Positions 9,339 through 19,400 of a DNA stretch of 64,000 nt are shown piece after piece (the stretch's first letter is position 1; every line of letters starts with the position of its first letter). The position numbers and the translations under genes are program-made. The stretch is from a virus. The DNA lies in IMG/VR virus record IMGVR_UViG_3300007754_000004, positions 20,413 through 84,412 of that record. One strand, 5' to 3'. A model generated the notes under the pieces. That model did not search any database. It was given only the letters and a program-made list of their open reading frames with translations, and had not been told where the DNA came from.

Positions 9339-9796
9339 GCATAGACCACCCGGGCCTTCTCCAGCCCATGCTCCTCCTCAAATCGATCGAGGGTGAACCG
9401 GGGACGGTCAGGGTTCGACCCAAGGGGGCTCCCCTTGGTCGGCATCTCCCCCTCAGGGACAAGCTCCGCTCCGAGGAGGAAGAGACGACGGTCCATCTCT
9501 ACCGCCATCGCGGTCAGATCGTCCCCGATGTGTTCCTCCTTGAGGAAGGGAAGACCTTCAACCCGCCTGTAAAGCAGGGCGGGGCCAAACTCATCCTTGA
9601 GGGAGACAAAGAGAGACCACTGATGGCGACCTGAACGCCGCTCCAAGGCCCCCTGTGACGCCTCCCAGGGGAGGAAGTAGACCCACCCCATGAGCCCGAA
9701 CTCCGGATGCCTCGCCGGGACACGGATAGCGGCGTCGATTGGCTCACCTCGCTCAAGAGCGTCGAAGGCTTCTTCTTTGGTGCTCGGGGTGGTCAT
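9311..9796 (-). CDS. hypothetical protein, paralog of 10165..10656
   Basis: Shared blocks AAIRVP / W.YF..W / DR.LF.LGAE.V..GE.P / DRP.F.L. Confidence 0.7.
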   Translation of the reverse strand: MTTPSTKEEAFDALERGEPIDAAIRVPARHPEFGLMGWVYFLPWEASQGALERRSGRHQWSLFVSLKDEFGPALLYRRVEGLPFLKEEHIGDDLTAMAVEMDRRLFLLGAELVPEGEMPTKGSPLGSNPDRPRFTLDRFEEEHGLEKARVVYAWSNSSGQS

Positions 9797-10168
9797 ACCT
9801 GCTCCAGGGCGTTCGCGATTTCATCCAGATATCGAGAGCCTTCCAGAATCCTGAGTCGGCCGGACGACTCCGTGAGGTACCAGTCCCCGGCGTTCCCGTT
9901 TCGCCGGCCCTTGACGACCAGCCGGATCCCGCTGCCTGGACCCTCCTCCACGAGGGTATCCACGTCCTCCTCCAGATAGCGGCGATGAGCCTCCCGGAAC
10001 ATCCCGACCAGTAGAGCCCTTTCCTGAGTAGGCTGGACAACCTGCTTCCCCCCATCCCGAGCCCTCCCGAGCCACGTCCCCTCCTGTAGGAGGAGCCGAT
10101 GCTCCTTCCTGCTCACCAGGATAGGGAAGTAGCCGTTGGATTGCCGAACAACCAAGGGGGTAGCTCAT
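9793..10168 (-). pseudogene. hypothetical protein with an apparent +1 frameshift in a C5 run near the start
   Basis: Coupled ATG at 10168 with GGAG SD is one base out of frame with the body ORF 9793..10155 (ATG AGC TAC CCC C TTG GTT). Confidence 0.5.
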
Positions 10169-10656
10169 GACCGCTCCCTTGAGCTACCCCGGAAGACCAG
10201 CTTTCGGGCTTCCTCTCGCCCCAGATCATCCATCGCCCACCGCAAGCTGAACGGGGGGCGATCCTCCCGGTACCCAGCCCCGACGCAGTTGCCCGGCCAC
10301 TCGCCATCAAGGACGACCTCCGCCCCCAGGCGGAAGAGGTAGCGATCCACCGCCACCGAGATCTGCTCCGCGGTCATGCTGCTGTCCATCTCGATCTGGG
10401 CATACTCCAGCCCGACCTCTCCAACCTTGCCATAGGCCGGCTGACCCTGGTATGCCTCCACAGCGGACACGGAACCGATGCCCCCCATGTGACTCCGCCC
10501 CCACCAGCGACCCATCTGGTTCCAGCAGCGGAAGTAGAGCCAGCGGCCGGTGTTGGTTCCGTCCGAGAGATAGACCGGGACCCGAATCGCGGCCCGGATC
10601 GCGATGCCCTCGTTGAGGAGGTCTTGGGCGTGTCCCTGGCTGGTCGGGCGGATCAT
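10165..10656 (-). CDS. hypothetical protein, paralog of 9311..9796
   Basis: Shared motif blocks with 9311..9796; GAGG SD; class A motif upstream. Confidence 0.7.
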   Translation of the reverse strand: MIRPTSQGHAQDLLNEGIAIRAAIRVPVYLSDGTNTGRWLYFRCWNQMGRWWGRSHMGGIGSVSAVEAYQGQPAYGKVGEVGLEYAQIEMDSSMTAEQISVAVDRYLFRLGAEVVLDGEWPGNCVGAGYREDRPPFSLRWAMDDLGREEARKLVFRGSSRERS

Positions 10657-10685
10657 GAGCTACCTCGTGTCTAAAGTCCCTGGTG

Positions 10686-10712
10686 TATACGAACTTGCTC
10701 GAAAAACTTACC
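10686..10712 (-). promoter_or_regulatory. putative promoter, class A (ECF-like)
   Basis: GGTAAG-N14-TCGTATA. Confidence 0.6.
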
Positions 10713-10956
10713 TGTAAAGATCAAGGTCTCGGACTTCCCCGACCACACTCCGCATCACATCGACAGCCTCCTGCTCGGAGTTATAGATGGGTGCGGAGTT
10801 GACGAGGGGCTTCCACTTCATCCGGTCATGGTCGATCAACTCGATCCACCCGGTCCACTTCCCCTCTTCATTAGGCCCCCCCGCGGTACAGGAGACGTCG
10901 CGGGTTTGGATGATCAGCATGGTCCCGCGACTCAACCTTGCGGTGAGGGGACTCAT
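10708..10956 (-). CDS. hypothetical protein
   Basis: 82-aa ORF, ATGA-coupled to the upstream gene. Confidence 0.55.
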   Translation of the reverse strand: MSPLTARLSRGTMLIIQTRDVSCTAGGPNEEGKWTGWIELIDHDRMKWKPLVNSAPIYNSEQEAVDVMRSVVGEVRDLDLYR

Positions 10957-11852
10957 CGGTCTAGCTTTGACCAGGAAGGAGCCTCCCAGGTAACCGGCTC
11001 GTGGCCGAACCCGCTTCGGTGCTCGCTGACACGCCGCACCAGCTCTTCAGCGTCATCCTTGTGGATGTAGACGAAGTGGTAGCCCCGTCCATCCCTCCAC
11101 TCGATCCGCAGGTCTTCACAGAGCTGAGTGGTGTGCTCCGCCGCCGCCTCGGCGGGGTAGAGATAGCGAGAGAAATACTGGTTCTGCATCCCGAAGAGCC
11201 GGGAGAACGTCCGGATCTCGTAGAAGCCATCCCAGAACCAGCTCATCCAGAGCTTGAAGAGATCCCACCGAGCCTGGGCGAGTCTCCAGGCGACCATCGG
11301 GGTCTCATCCTCCCCATAGGCGGTGACCCGGAAGCAACCCGGGTCGTTCCAGAACTTCCCACCATGCCCCAGCCACCCGCCGAAGCGATACTCCCGAACC
11401 GGCTCCGCCTTCATCATGGCGTGGATGAAGTCACGTCGGTCATGTCGTGAGGAGTGGGCCCCACACCGGTTCACCAGCACATCGTAGACGGCTACCGCCT
11501 GCTCCTCAGTCAGGGTCCGCGGATCCCGGCGAGGGGTCGGCCAGTCGAACGACGGCGGGGGCTTGGGGATCTCCTCCGTGAGACCCTTCAGGTAGTGCCC
11601 CAGGTAGGCGTTAGCGGCCTCCCAGCGGGTCTTGAAGGGCCCGAGGGACTCCCGGGGGCTGGTCAGCTTGAGGTGGACGTACCAATCCCCTCGCTTGCCC
11701 TCCACGGTGCAGAGATACACCGGGATGTTCCCCTTGAAGGGAGGGAGGTTCCGATCAGGCTGAGTCCAGTCGCAGTAATAGCTGTGACGACCCTCACCCC
11801 TGCCGCTGATGTGGCGGCCTCGGAAACTGAAATCAATCTCGGCACCCATCAT
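10953..11852 (-). CDS. hypothetical protein
   Basis: ~300-aa ORF; ATGA overlap with the upstream gene suggests a start at 11852 (the track gives 11861). Confidence 0.65.
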   Translation of the reverse strand: MMGAEIDFSFRGRHISGRGEGRHSYYCDWTQPDRNLPPFKGNIPVYLCTVEGKRGDWYVHLKLTSPRESLGPFKTRWEAANAYLGHYLKGLTEEIPKPPPSFDWPTPRRDPRTLTEEQAVAVYDVLVNRCGAHSSRHDRRDFIHAMMKAEPVREYRFGGWLGHGGKFWNDPGCFRVTAYGEDETPMVAWRLAQARWDLFKLWMSWFWDGFYEIRTFSRLFGMQNQYFSRYLYPAEAAAEHTTQLCEDLRIEWRDGRGYHFVYIHKDDAEELVRRVSEHRSGFGHEPVTWEAPSWSKLDR

Positions 11853-12058
11853 CGTGTCCACCTTTCGATCCTCTCGACCGCTTCCTCTACGTCTTCGGCC
11901 ATCGCGAGGAGCACGTCCGCCGTCTCCTCGTCCACATGACCAGCCTGAGACCGAAGGATCTCCGGGTCCGGCATGTTGGCGATCAGACCCTCCAGAAGGG
12001 CCACCACGGCTCGCCTGTCAAGCCCTCGCACCCGCTCTCGTAGCCTCAACCTGTCCAT
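11849..12058 (-). CDS. hypothetical protein
   Basis: ATG at 12058 with CAGGAG SD directly after a class A motif. Confidence 0.6.
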   Translation of the reverse strand: MDRLRLRERVRGLDRRAVVALLEGLIANMPDPEILRSQAGHVDEETADVLLAMAEDVEEAVERIERWTR

Positions 12059-12076
12059 TCGTATCTCCTGATTGAG

Positions 12077-12103
12077 TATACGAATGGGATCAAGAAAGTT
12101 ACC
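12077..12103 (-). promoter_or_regulatory. putative promoter, class A
   Basis: GGTAAC-N14-TCGTATA. Confidence 0.6.
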
Positions 12104-12105
12104 GG

Positions 12106-12801
12106 CTAAGAGCAGGAAGCTTCCCACCAGAGTGCCACGGGGATGCCTTGTTCGTCGCAGGAGAGCATGACCACGACGTTTCCACCGTCTCCCCACCCGG
12201 TCTCCAGGGTAGCGAGGCAGGAGGCACTGACGCCGTCATGAGAGGGGAAGACGGGCTCCTGATTGAACCCAGGCTGGCCTCCCCATTGGTCCACACCATG
12301 AGGTCTGGGGAGGACCCTTCCGCTGGTCAGGTCGTCCAGAGCCATCTGCTTGTGGTGAATCTGACTGAGTACCTCCCGCCATCCCAGAGTCCGAAACTGC
12401 CCGTTAGAGCGGTAGGCTCCATCATGGAGCCGGTTGATCTCGGATTCCAGAGCGGCCACCTTCTTCCGAGCCTCCCCCACTTCGTCATACGGGGTGAAGG
12501 GTGTCTCCGGTTCGCTCACCGGGAAGAAATAACCGATGACGCCGTCATACCCCCCAGCTCGGGAGCACTGAAGAGCGAGCACCACCCGATAGTTCTGACC
12601 ATGGATGGGGACGATGATCCCTGATCCATGGGGTCTCCCAGGGTAAAGCCGCGGGGAGAACAGCTCCGGCCACCGAGAGGTCTTGTAGTGGATTGTCTCC
12701 CCGGAATCCGAGATCAGGTGTTCCCACTGGCAAACCTCTAAGCCCTTCAGGGGGCCCGGCGGCCGGTAAGGGGCCCGCTTTGCGGTCAGGGTGATCAGCA
12801 T
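12106..12801 (-). CDS. hypothetical protein with YwqG/DUF1963-like C-terminus
   Basis: GGQPGFNQ...CLATL..GWGDGGNV..ML....WWEASCS resembles the GGxPxxxQ...WGDxG motif of YwqG-like proteins. Confidence 0.5.
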   Translation of the reverse strand: MLITLTAKRAPYRPPGPLKGLEVCQWEHLISDSGETIHYKTSRWPELFSPRLYPGRPHGSGIIVPIHGQNYRVVLALQCSRAGGYDGVIGYFFPVSEPETPFTPYDEVGEARKKVAALESEINRLHDGAYRSNGQFRTLGWREVLSQIHHKQMALDDLTSGRVLPRPHGVDQWGGQPGFNQEPVFPSHDGVSASCLATLETGWGDGGNVVVMLSCDEQGIPVALWWEASCS

Positions 12802-13319
12802 AGGATTATCTTAATCAAGGGGAGGGAGCCGCAACCCTTACAGGTGGTCTCCAAGGTAGGCCCCACCACCCGCACCTGAAGGGGATGACAGAGGCTCGGG
12901 GAGGTCTGAAGCGAGGGACAGCGAACCTTCTTCATCAAGAGAGTTGAATCTGCTCTCCGATACGTCCTGATAGGACCACCGCAGGGGGAGCAGACCACAT
13001 GGACGAGCCCCGGAGCCAACCAGACGTTGACAAACTGGTAAATGCACCGGGAGCACTTCAGAACCTCCGTCCCCGAAAAGGAGCCCTCTCTGGGGGACCA
13101 GTCTGGGTAAAGGCTCTCCGGAAGCTGCCCAGCGGGGCAACCTGACCCGTGCTCGGGTCGTGGGCCCCGCCACCACTCATGGCAGTGGAGGCACTTCGAC
13201 AGCTTGCTATCACCGAGCCCGCCCTGTGAGGCTAGGATCCCCCCGTAGCTGCTCCAGCCAGGGCCCGGGTCTCTCGCCTGGAAGCCGGGTGGGGCTCCAA
13301 TGGGGGGTTTCCAAGCCAT
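12795..13319 (-). CDS. Cys-rich putative zinc-binding protein
   Basis: CxxC pairs CLHC, CSRC, CSPC, CKGC; GGAG SD; class A motif upstream. Confidence 0.55.
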   Translation of the reverse strand: MAWKPPIGAPPGFQARDPGPGWSSYGGILASQGGLGDSKLSKCLHCHEWWRGPRPEHGSGCPAGQLPESLYPDWSPREGSFSGTEVLKCSRCIYQFVNVWLAPGLVHVVCSPCGGPIRTYRRADSTLLMKKVRCPSLQTSPSLCHPLQVRVVGPTLETTCKGCGSLPLIKIILC

Positions 13320-13340
13320 CGCTTCGCTCCTACTCCCCGC

Positions 13341-13367
13341 TATACGAACGAGGTCCCCATTATTGCC
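13341..13367 (-). promoter_or_regulatory. putative promoter, class A
   Basis: GGCAAT-N14-TCGTATA. Confidence 0.55.
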
Positions 13368-14775
13368 GGCTCTTGTGGAGGATCATGTACACCGTATTGA
13401 TCCGAGTGCCTGATTCAAGGAAAGACTCAGGGGGGAGATCGGTGAAGAGATGCCCCCACCGGGACTTCTGACTCTTCGCCCAGGCCCGGAACCGCTTGTG
13501 CTTCGCGGTGGTGCCCAGGTCCGCGGAGATAGGCAGCACCGCGACCAGAGTGCCCCCCGGAGCCAGGAAGTCAAAGGCGTGGGTGACGTGCTCCATCCAG
13601 TGAGTCCCGTAGAACGGGGGGTTCATCACCACATGGGTGTAGATCGGATTGGCGGGGAGGTTCAGGAAGTTCGCCGGAATCACGGTGAGGCGAGGATTGT
13701 TGATCCCCTCCAGGGCAGAGACGCGGTCAGGATGAATCTCCACCGCGTCCACCTGACCGGCACCCTGACTCAGAAGATGGCGGACGATATGACCCGTTCC
13801 AGCGGACGGCTCCAACACCCGGGAGCCTTCGGAAAAGCGAACCCGATCGAGGATCTTCCCCACGACCGGGCTCGGAGTCGGGTAGAAGCTGAGATTCTTT
13901 GCGGGGAGGCCCGCCTTGGTCTTGAGGCTGTCCGCCGTGTCCCCACGAGGAGCCGCGTCCGGGAGAACCTCCCCGTAGTAGTCCGCCAGGACTTGATTGG
14001 CCTTCTCGACCAGATCATCCCGCCGGAACCAGAGGTGTGCGTTCCCATTCTTGAAACACCGCACGCGGAAATAGGGAGTCTCCGCGTAGGACTGTCGGGG
14101 GTTGTAGCCCCGGCCCCGGGTTTCCTCGATCGCCTTGGTCAGGGCACCGGGCTCCGGCTTCTTGCCGTCCAAGACAGCGAAGACACGCTCGATATCCGCC
14201 ATCGTGTCCCGCATCCCGGAGTGGTAATTCCACGACCCCCACGAGTCGAACACGTTGGTCAGAATGATCCGGGTCCCGAGCTTGAACCCGTCGTGAGACT
14301 TGAACCTCCGATCCAAGTGCGTGAAAGCTCTGGCGAGCCCACGCTGAAAGATGAGGTTGGCGTCTGAGAGCAGGCTCTCAAGAATCCCCCGAACGTTGTC
14401 CACCGTGACCTCAGGCACGTCCCCACAGAGATCCTTCTCCAGGTCTTCCTTCGCCTTCCGGTCCATCAGGGTCCCCATCCCTGTCAAGACGACGAGGTTC
14501 TTCCAGACACGGGCGTCCACGTACTTACGCCACACGTCCAGGGACGCCCCCGGATCGAACTGCTGGAAGAGGCGACGATAGGCCCCATCCTCAGAGCGGT
14601 CGCGGAGGGCAAAGACGGCAGCCCCGTGAGCCTCCCGGGCGATCACTGCTGCCTCATCCACCATGTCATGACCCGCCTGGATCATCTCCACAGCTCGCCG
14701 CATCCTCTCAATGGAGGCATCGCGGGCAGCCACGATCCGAACGATCGTAGTCCGGGGGATAAGCTCCTGATCCAC
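13360..14775 (-). CDS. DUF4942-domain, class I SAM-dependent (amino/N6-type) DNA methyltransferase
   Basis: FYPTP, VLEPSAGTG, AVEI and VVMNPPF motifs; N-terminal YFRVRCFKNGNAHLWF..DLVEKANQVLA typical of DUF4942. Confidence 0.85.
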   Translation of the reverse strand: MDQELIPRTTIVRIVAARDASIERMRRAVEMIQAGHDMVDEAAVIAREAHGAAVFALRDRSEDGAYRRLFQQFDPGASLDVWRKYVDARVWKNLVVLTGMGTLMDRKAKEDLEKDLCGDVPEVTVDNVRGILESLLSDANLIFQRGLARAFTHLDRRFKSHDGFKLGTRIILTNVFDSWGSWNYHSGMRDTMADIERVFAVLDGKKPEPGALTKAIEETRGRGYNPRQSYAETPYFRVRCFKNGNAHLWFRRDDLVEKANQVLADYYGEVLPDAAPRGDTADSLKTKAGLPAKNLSFYPTPSPVVGKILDRVRFSEGSRVLEPSAGTGHIVRHLLSQGAGQVDAVEIHPDRVSALEGINNPRLTVIPANFLNLPANPIYTHVVMNPPFYGTHWMEHVTHAFDFLAPGGTLVAVLPISADLGTTAKHKRFRAWAKSQKSRWGHLFTDLPPESFLESGTRINTVYMILHKSRQ

Positions 14776-14800
14776 GGGACAACTCCTGTTGTTGACTTTG

Positions 14801-14827
14801 TATACGACCCGACCCCAGAAAGTTACC
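14801..14827 (-). promoter_or_regulatory. putative promoter, class A
   Basis: GGTAAC-N14-TCGTATA. Confidence 0.6.
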
Positions 14828-14882
14828 CCCTAAAGTTCCTGGGCTAGCGTATACCGGGTATGAGCCAACGTGAGACAAGCCC

Positions 14883-15293
14883 GTGATAGCCCTTGTTCGT
14901 TTCCTGAAGCGGCGTCTCGGGGTGAAGACATGGCATGTAGAGTCAGCCTTCGTCCTCTCGGTGCTGGTAGCCGTCGCTTCCCTGAACTGGTCCCGTTGGG
15001 AGGAGTGGCTTGGGGTAGCCGCTGTTTGGCTCACCTTCGGCCACGCCTCGGTCTCTGACCGGCTCTCTGAGAAAGAAGGACTCCGAGCAGCCTCCGGGGA
15101 CCCCAGCATCGTTGAGTGCTGGGAATGGGAGCGGAGGTACTTCTACGGCAAAGAAGTGACGTGGTTCGTCTATTTCCTCGCCTTGGAAGCGTGGAGTGCC
15201 CTGGTGGGGGTGGTGGTCTTCCTCTTCCATCGGAAGTGGAGAGCCCACTGGAGAGCCTACAAGTCAGTTACCGAAGAGACCGGACCAGAATAG
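14883..15293 (+). CDS. hypothetical membrane protein
   Basis: 3-4 hydrophobic, Trp-rich segments. Confidence 0.6.
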   Translation: MIALVRFLKRRLGVKTWHVESAFVLSVLVAVASLNWSRWEEWLGVAAVWLTFGHASVSDRLSEKEGLRAASGDPSIVECWEWERRYFYGKEVTWFVYFLALEAWSALVGVVVFLFHRKWRAHWRAYKSVTEETGPE

Positions 15294-15643
15294 GGATAGG
15301 GATAGGAGTAAAGCCCACCCGCCCGCACGTAGAAGGTGTCCCCATCAGAGCAGGCGGCGAAGATGACGTTGGCCTCTTCTGGGGAGCACTCTCCAGAAGG
15401 GATGCTCATCTCCTCGATCGACTGGACAAGCGCATTGGCCTCAGCCCACTCAGGATCCTTGAAAAAGCGGAAACGAACCCCCGCGGCTTCCAGGGCTTTC
15501 ACCATGTCCCTTTGGGGAGCCCCTGAGGACCACTTCGTCGGTGGTCTGGGATAGTAGAAGTGTAAGAGATTGATTCGGACTCCCCGGCGAGTACAGCCGG
15601 GGTGAGTCGGGTCGCCTTGGAACTCCAGACCGAACATGATCAC
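15257..15643 (-). CDS. hypothetical protein
   Basis: 128-aa ORF with SD, downstream of a class A motif. Confidence 0.55.
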   Translation of the reverse strand: MIMFGLEFQGDPTHPGCTRRGVRINLLHFYYPRPPTKWSSGAPQRDMVKALEAAGVRFRFFKDPEWAEANALVQSIEEMSIPSGECSPEEANVIFAACSDGDTFYVRAGGLYSYPYPYSGPVSSVTDL

Positions 15644-15654
15644 CTCGGTCCTTC

Positions 15655-15681
15655 TATACGACCGAGGCTCGGATAGTTTCA
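15655..15681 (-). promoter_or_regulatory. putative promoter, class A
   Basis: TGAAAC-N14-TCGTATA. Confidence 0.6.
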
Positions 15682-16437
15682 GAAGAGGATCGAGTAGGCG
15701 GCGAGGTATCTCTTCGTGGACGTGCTTCGGTTCACGAAAGCGAGCCTCAAGGTGGCGGACTTCACGCAGAAGCCTGTAGGCTCCAATCTGCCTACCTGCG
15801 TCCAGGCGAGCCCGTCATTGAGACTCAGGTGGACCTCAAAATCCCCAGGCTCCTGGTTGGTCTCCGTGACGGACTTGACCGCGGGGGAGTTAGTCCCGCT
15901 GGTCGCCCCGTAGGAGGATCGAATGTCGTGGCTGGTGGAGAAATCATAGATCTGCCACCAGACCATAAACTCGTCCGCCCCGACGCCGCTGGTCTGAGCT
16001 GAGATATCAATGGAGTCTGTGACTACGCAGCCGGGGCGAACCGGTGTCACCATGGCATTCTGGGAGAGGATCGCAGTCATACAGGGAGCGGTGCCCGTCG
16101 CTGCGGGGCCCGTACCCCGACCTGTCTGCACCCGAGCAATCGCGGATCCCGGCCCGGTGGTGCTGAGGTCCAGGTCAGCCACGTCGGATGCAGACAGGAG
16201 AGGGTTGAAAACGATGTTCCCGTATTGGGGATACTGAGCGAGTAACCCAGCTTGAGCCAAGCTGGAGACGTCTCCCCCATCCACAGGAGAGATGTACGAA
16301 GCCGGACCCACCTCGACCTTGGCCCCATCCGGGACGGGAATAATGAACTTCCCGTTGAATGGAGTGGGATCGCCCACCGCCGGGGTCTTCTCGACCTGAA
16401 GAATCTTCAGATCTGCGAAGTTTCCGAGGATCCTCAT
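15679..16437 (-). CDS. putative virion structural protein
   Basis: 252 aa, ATGA-coupled to the giant virion gene; beta-rich, VHLSLNDGLAWTQV motif. Confidence 0.65.
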   Translation of the reverse strand: MRILGNFADLKILQVEKTPAVGDPTPFNGKFIIPVPDGAKVEVGPASYISPVDGGDVSSLAQAGLLAQYPQYGNIVFNPLLSASDVADLDLSTTGPGSAIARVQTGRGTGPAATGTAPCMTAILSQNAMVTPVRPGCVVTDSIDISAQTSGVGADEFMVWWQIYDFSTSHDIRSSYGATSGTNSPAVKSVTETNQEPGDFEVHLSLNDGLAWTQVGRLEPTGFCVKSATLRLAFVNRSTSTKRYLAAYSILF

Positions 16438-19400
16438 CGGTCATTCCCCAGGTGGTTGACGTTCTCCACATAGGCGGTGCCGTCTGCGGTCTCGACCTCA
16501 AAGGCCGCCTTCACGCTACCCACCCAGCAACCCGCTCCGGTGGAATTGGTCACGTCGCCATTACCCGCGGTGATTTCCAGGTACACCCGAGCCCCTGGAG
16601 GCAACATAGACCCAGATGGGGCCGCGATACCGTACCTCTCCAAGATGTAGTCCAGCCAGTTGCCCACCTTGAAGGGCCTGTCCTTCGGACGGAAGCTCCC
16701 AGGAGTCAGCCGGCGACCGAACTTCTGGATGCTGGCCGAGTCCGTCGCGTCGAAGTCATCCCCAACCGGGGTGAGCGCGATCGTGAAGGCGTGGGGACAG
16801 GTCGTAGGGACATTGTTGATCGCTGATCCGGCGTTGATATCCGGAGCCTTCGGGTTCTCGCCGCCATGAGCGACCACGATCCCTGTCAACGCCTGCGGGC
16901 AGACAGCAGGCGGGGTCGTACCCGAGAAATCATCCATGTCCGGCCAGAGACCGCTGGTGAAGGCCGAACGAATTCCGCCGCTCGTAAGGGAGGACCGAGG
17001 CAGAGGGCTTGCGAGCACAAGGGAGTCATCCCGAGCCCCCCAGACGCTCGCCGTGAAGTCCTGAGAGCCCCAGACAATCGGGTTGTGGGCGTTCCCCAGA
17101 TAACTGATGGAGCCGTGAAGGTCGTTCGCTGAGGACTCACTGGAGCAGCCGAAGCCGTACTCGGGATCTCCGGTACGCCAGTCAGACTCCGCGCCTGGAG
17201 TGTTGGAGGGGCCCGCGTCCACCCAACGCTCCATCACGTTGGGCATGATATCCCCGGCTTCCCGGTTCACGTACAGGGGAACCACGACGGCACCGCCCGC
17301 CTTGTGAGTCCCTGTGTTGTCGTCGTGGTTGTACATGACCGTAGGAGCCCGGCCACCGAAGGGGCTGATTCCCGGACCTGAAGCGTAGGGGTGCTCCTCA
17401 AGGGAGATCCCCGACTTGAACTCGCGGGCGTGTGAACCCGGAAGCTCCACGATCAGGTTGAACGCCATGTAGTAGGGGGCCAACGGATCACCGCTGGTGT
17501 CCACATAGCCCGGGGTGGCTTCCTCACCTCGGCTGGGGAGATTGTTGCCCCAGACGCCGAAGTTTACCCAGAGCCGAAGCAGTCGAGCACCCTTGGGCTG
17601 CTTCCCCGGGAAGGGAGAGGCGATTCCGCCACCCGGCTGCATCGCCTGGGTGAAGGCGTCCGTCAGGTCCACCCGGAGGGTGGGCATCGGCTCCTCTGCG
17701 TCCCGCTGGTTGTCCGGGCTGGGAACCCAGAGCTGCCACCAAGCAGGTCCAGGAGTCCAGACGTAATTCCGTCCGGTGTCCGCATTCCAAAGCAGCGTAC
17801 CCGTCCGGCCGGAGACCATTGACCGATCCATCAGTACCCAGGGCGTCGAGAGATCGAACCCAAGCCCCGAGGTGGTGTTGGTCATCACCTTGGGCCCTGT
17901 TCCAACATCTACGTCGCCAGAGGTCGTGGCTCCCGGGACTACCCAGGTGCTCGACTTCATGTTGTTGGGGGAGATGGTGACGATCCGCTCGCGAGCGACC
18001 GGCTGGATGGCGTACTGCATCACGTAGTTGTGTCCCCGAGAGGGGATCTCCCCCGACACCGTGTCCGGCCAGAATCCATAAACCCCAAGAGGGGAATAGA
18101 GCAGAGGCCGACCTCGTCCTGAGTCTCCGTTGGTACCAGAGACCACTCGACCCACCTTGATCAGCTCAGTGTAATACTCCTCGCAGTCTCCCCCGAGGAT
18201 CAAATCCGCGGTGGTCGGGCACCGGTTGATCCGGAAGATATCCACCTGCTCGTCGATATCATCGCCAGGGTACGGGTTTCCACCCACCCATGCCTTCGTG
18301 GTCAGGGAAGCCCCTGCTTCGGACTGCGAAGCCAAGAGCGTGTTGAACCGGTACTTCGCCGGCCTCTTCAGGTGGACATAAGACCCCGAGTGCTCTTCCG
18401 TCAGGGGAGCTGAGAACACCCACCGGAGACCGGCAGCGGCAGACCGAGAGAAATGCTGGCTGTTGTCTACGATGGGGAGAGCGTTGTTTCGATCACCGAA
18501 GCCCCGGTCAAGCTGAGAGGCGTGACCCGGGTAGGAGTGGAACCCGATCGACATGGGATCACGAGCGTTCCCCGCTGTCGGCATCGTGTGACCGGTAGAC
18601 GTAGAGAGCCACTCCACCCGGAGTGCTGCCCGGTTGCCTGTCACCTGAGCCGCTTGGGTAGCGGTGAGCAGGCTCAGGTCGTAGGTGACCTCCAGGGAAG
18701 CCCCGTTGCTGGACCAGACAATGAACTGAACCCCGAAAGAGGTCGAGAGCCCGTTGAACGCTGCCGTGCTGTTCAACAACGTCACGATCCCATCCGGGTC
18801 TGCGGAACCCGGAGCCAGGATGGTAGGCCCAGCCGTGTAGAATGAAGCCCCGGTGTTGTCCGTAATCCACAGGGACATGTTGCCGAAGTCACCCGGCGTC
18901 CCGGACATGAGAGATTGATTCGTCCGGAAGTTGCTCGCAGCCTCAAGCAAAGGAGCCCGAGCGACCAGCGGAAGAGCCCCATCGAAAGTGGTGGAGTGTT
19001 TCTTCGCGTCACCCTCTCGACGAAGCTTCCGAACTACGGCTACCGAAGTCGTCAGAGCCGCATTTGCTCCGGTCCCGTCGAACTCGTTCACAATAGCTGG
19101 CTGGACCTCGTAGTTGTCCAGCACGTCAATGACGACCCACCATCCCGTGTACTTATAGTTGTACGTCCCGCAGATGTAGATCATCCGACCTACATCCCCC
19201 GCTCCGAAGTCACCCCCAGGGGGTTTGAAGGAGTACCGGGTGGAGTAGAAGATCGCGTCGGCGGAGTCGATAGACGTCGTGGGATCCGTGGCGTCCGTCC
19301 ACGGCGGAATGAGGCCGCCCCCTACTCCCCGAGGCCCGAGCACCGGGACAAACTCCACGTTCGGAGTGATCCGATACCGGTGACCCACCAGGGGCCGACG

